Made by a program: the position numbers and the translations under genes. 64,000 nt of DNA from Camelus dromedarius (lineage: Eukaryota), in contig NC_087437.1 in assembly GCF_036321535.1 (NCBI RefSeq), positions 84,880,001 through 84,944,000 on the forward strand. Reading direction: 5' to 3'. Under the pieces are notes generated by a model that did no database searches, had not been told where the DNA came from, and saw nothing but the letters and a program-made list of their open reading frames with translations. Numbering within the stretch: the first letter of the stretch is position 1; each line of letters opens with the position of its first letter. Shown piece after piece: positions 63,984 through 64,000 of this stretch.

Positions 63984-64000
63984 GTGTCCTGAACACTTTG
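63984..64000 (+). other. Candidate exon start after a 3' splice acceptor (truncated by the window end)
   Basis: Polypyrimidine tract ttttccatttttttactctgt, then tag|G, with branch-like cctaatc/cattaat upstream; only 17 nt visible. Confidence 0.45.

Overview
AT-rich, CpG-depleted eutherian genomic DNA, intergenic or from a very large intron. It is probably camelid: there is a tRNA-Ala-derived vic-1-type SINE and artiodactyl-type L1 3' ends, and I saw no Alu, Bov-A/BovB, PRE-1 or CAN-SINE. No intact protein-coding gene is supported. The ORFs in the track are chance ORFs or repeat remnants. The window is a mosaic of MIR, L2, L1, MaLR, ERVL and ERV1 LTRs, hAT DNA transposons and microsatellites. 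A candidate + strand splice acceptor sits at the extreme right end. The most notable signal is a frameshifted PNMA/MOAP1-like Ty3/Gypsy gag fossil at about 7380-8100. It shows the tail of the N-terminal domain, the capsid helices and a possible zinc-knuckle remnant, with a possible protease-motif remnant at 8491-8510. There is also a CpG-rich 1.2 kb solo LTR at 26384-27585. Repeat family names come from recalled consensus sequences, not a database search, and boundaries without target-site duplications (TSDs) are approximate.
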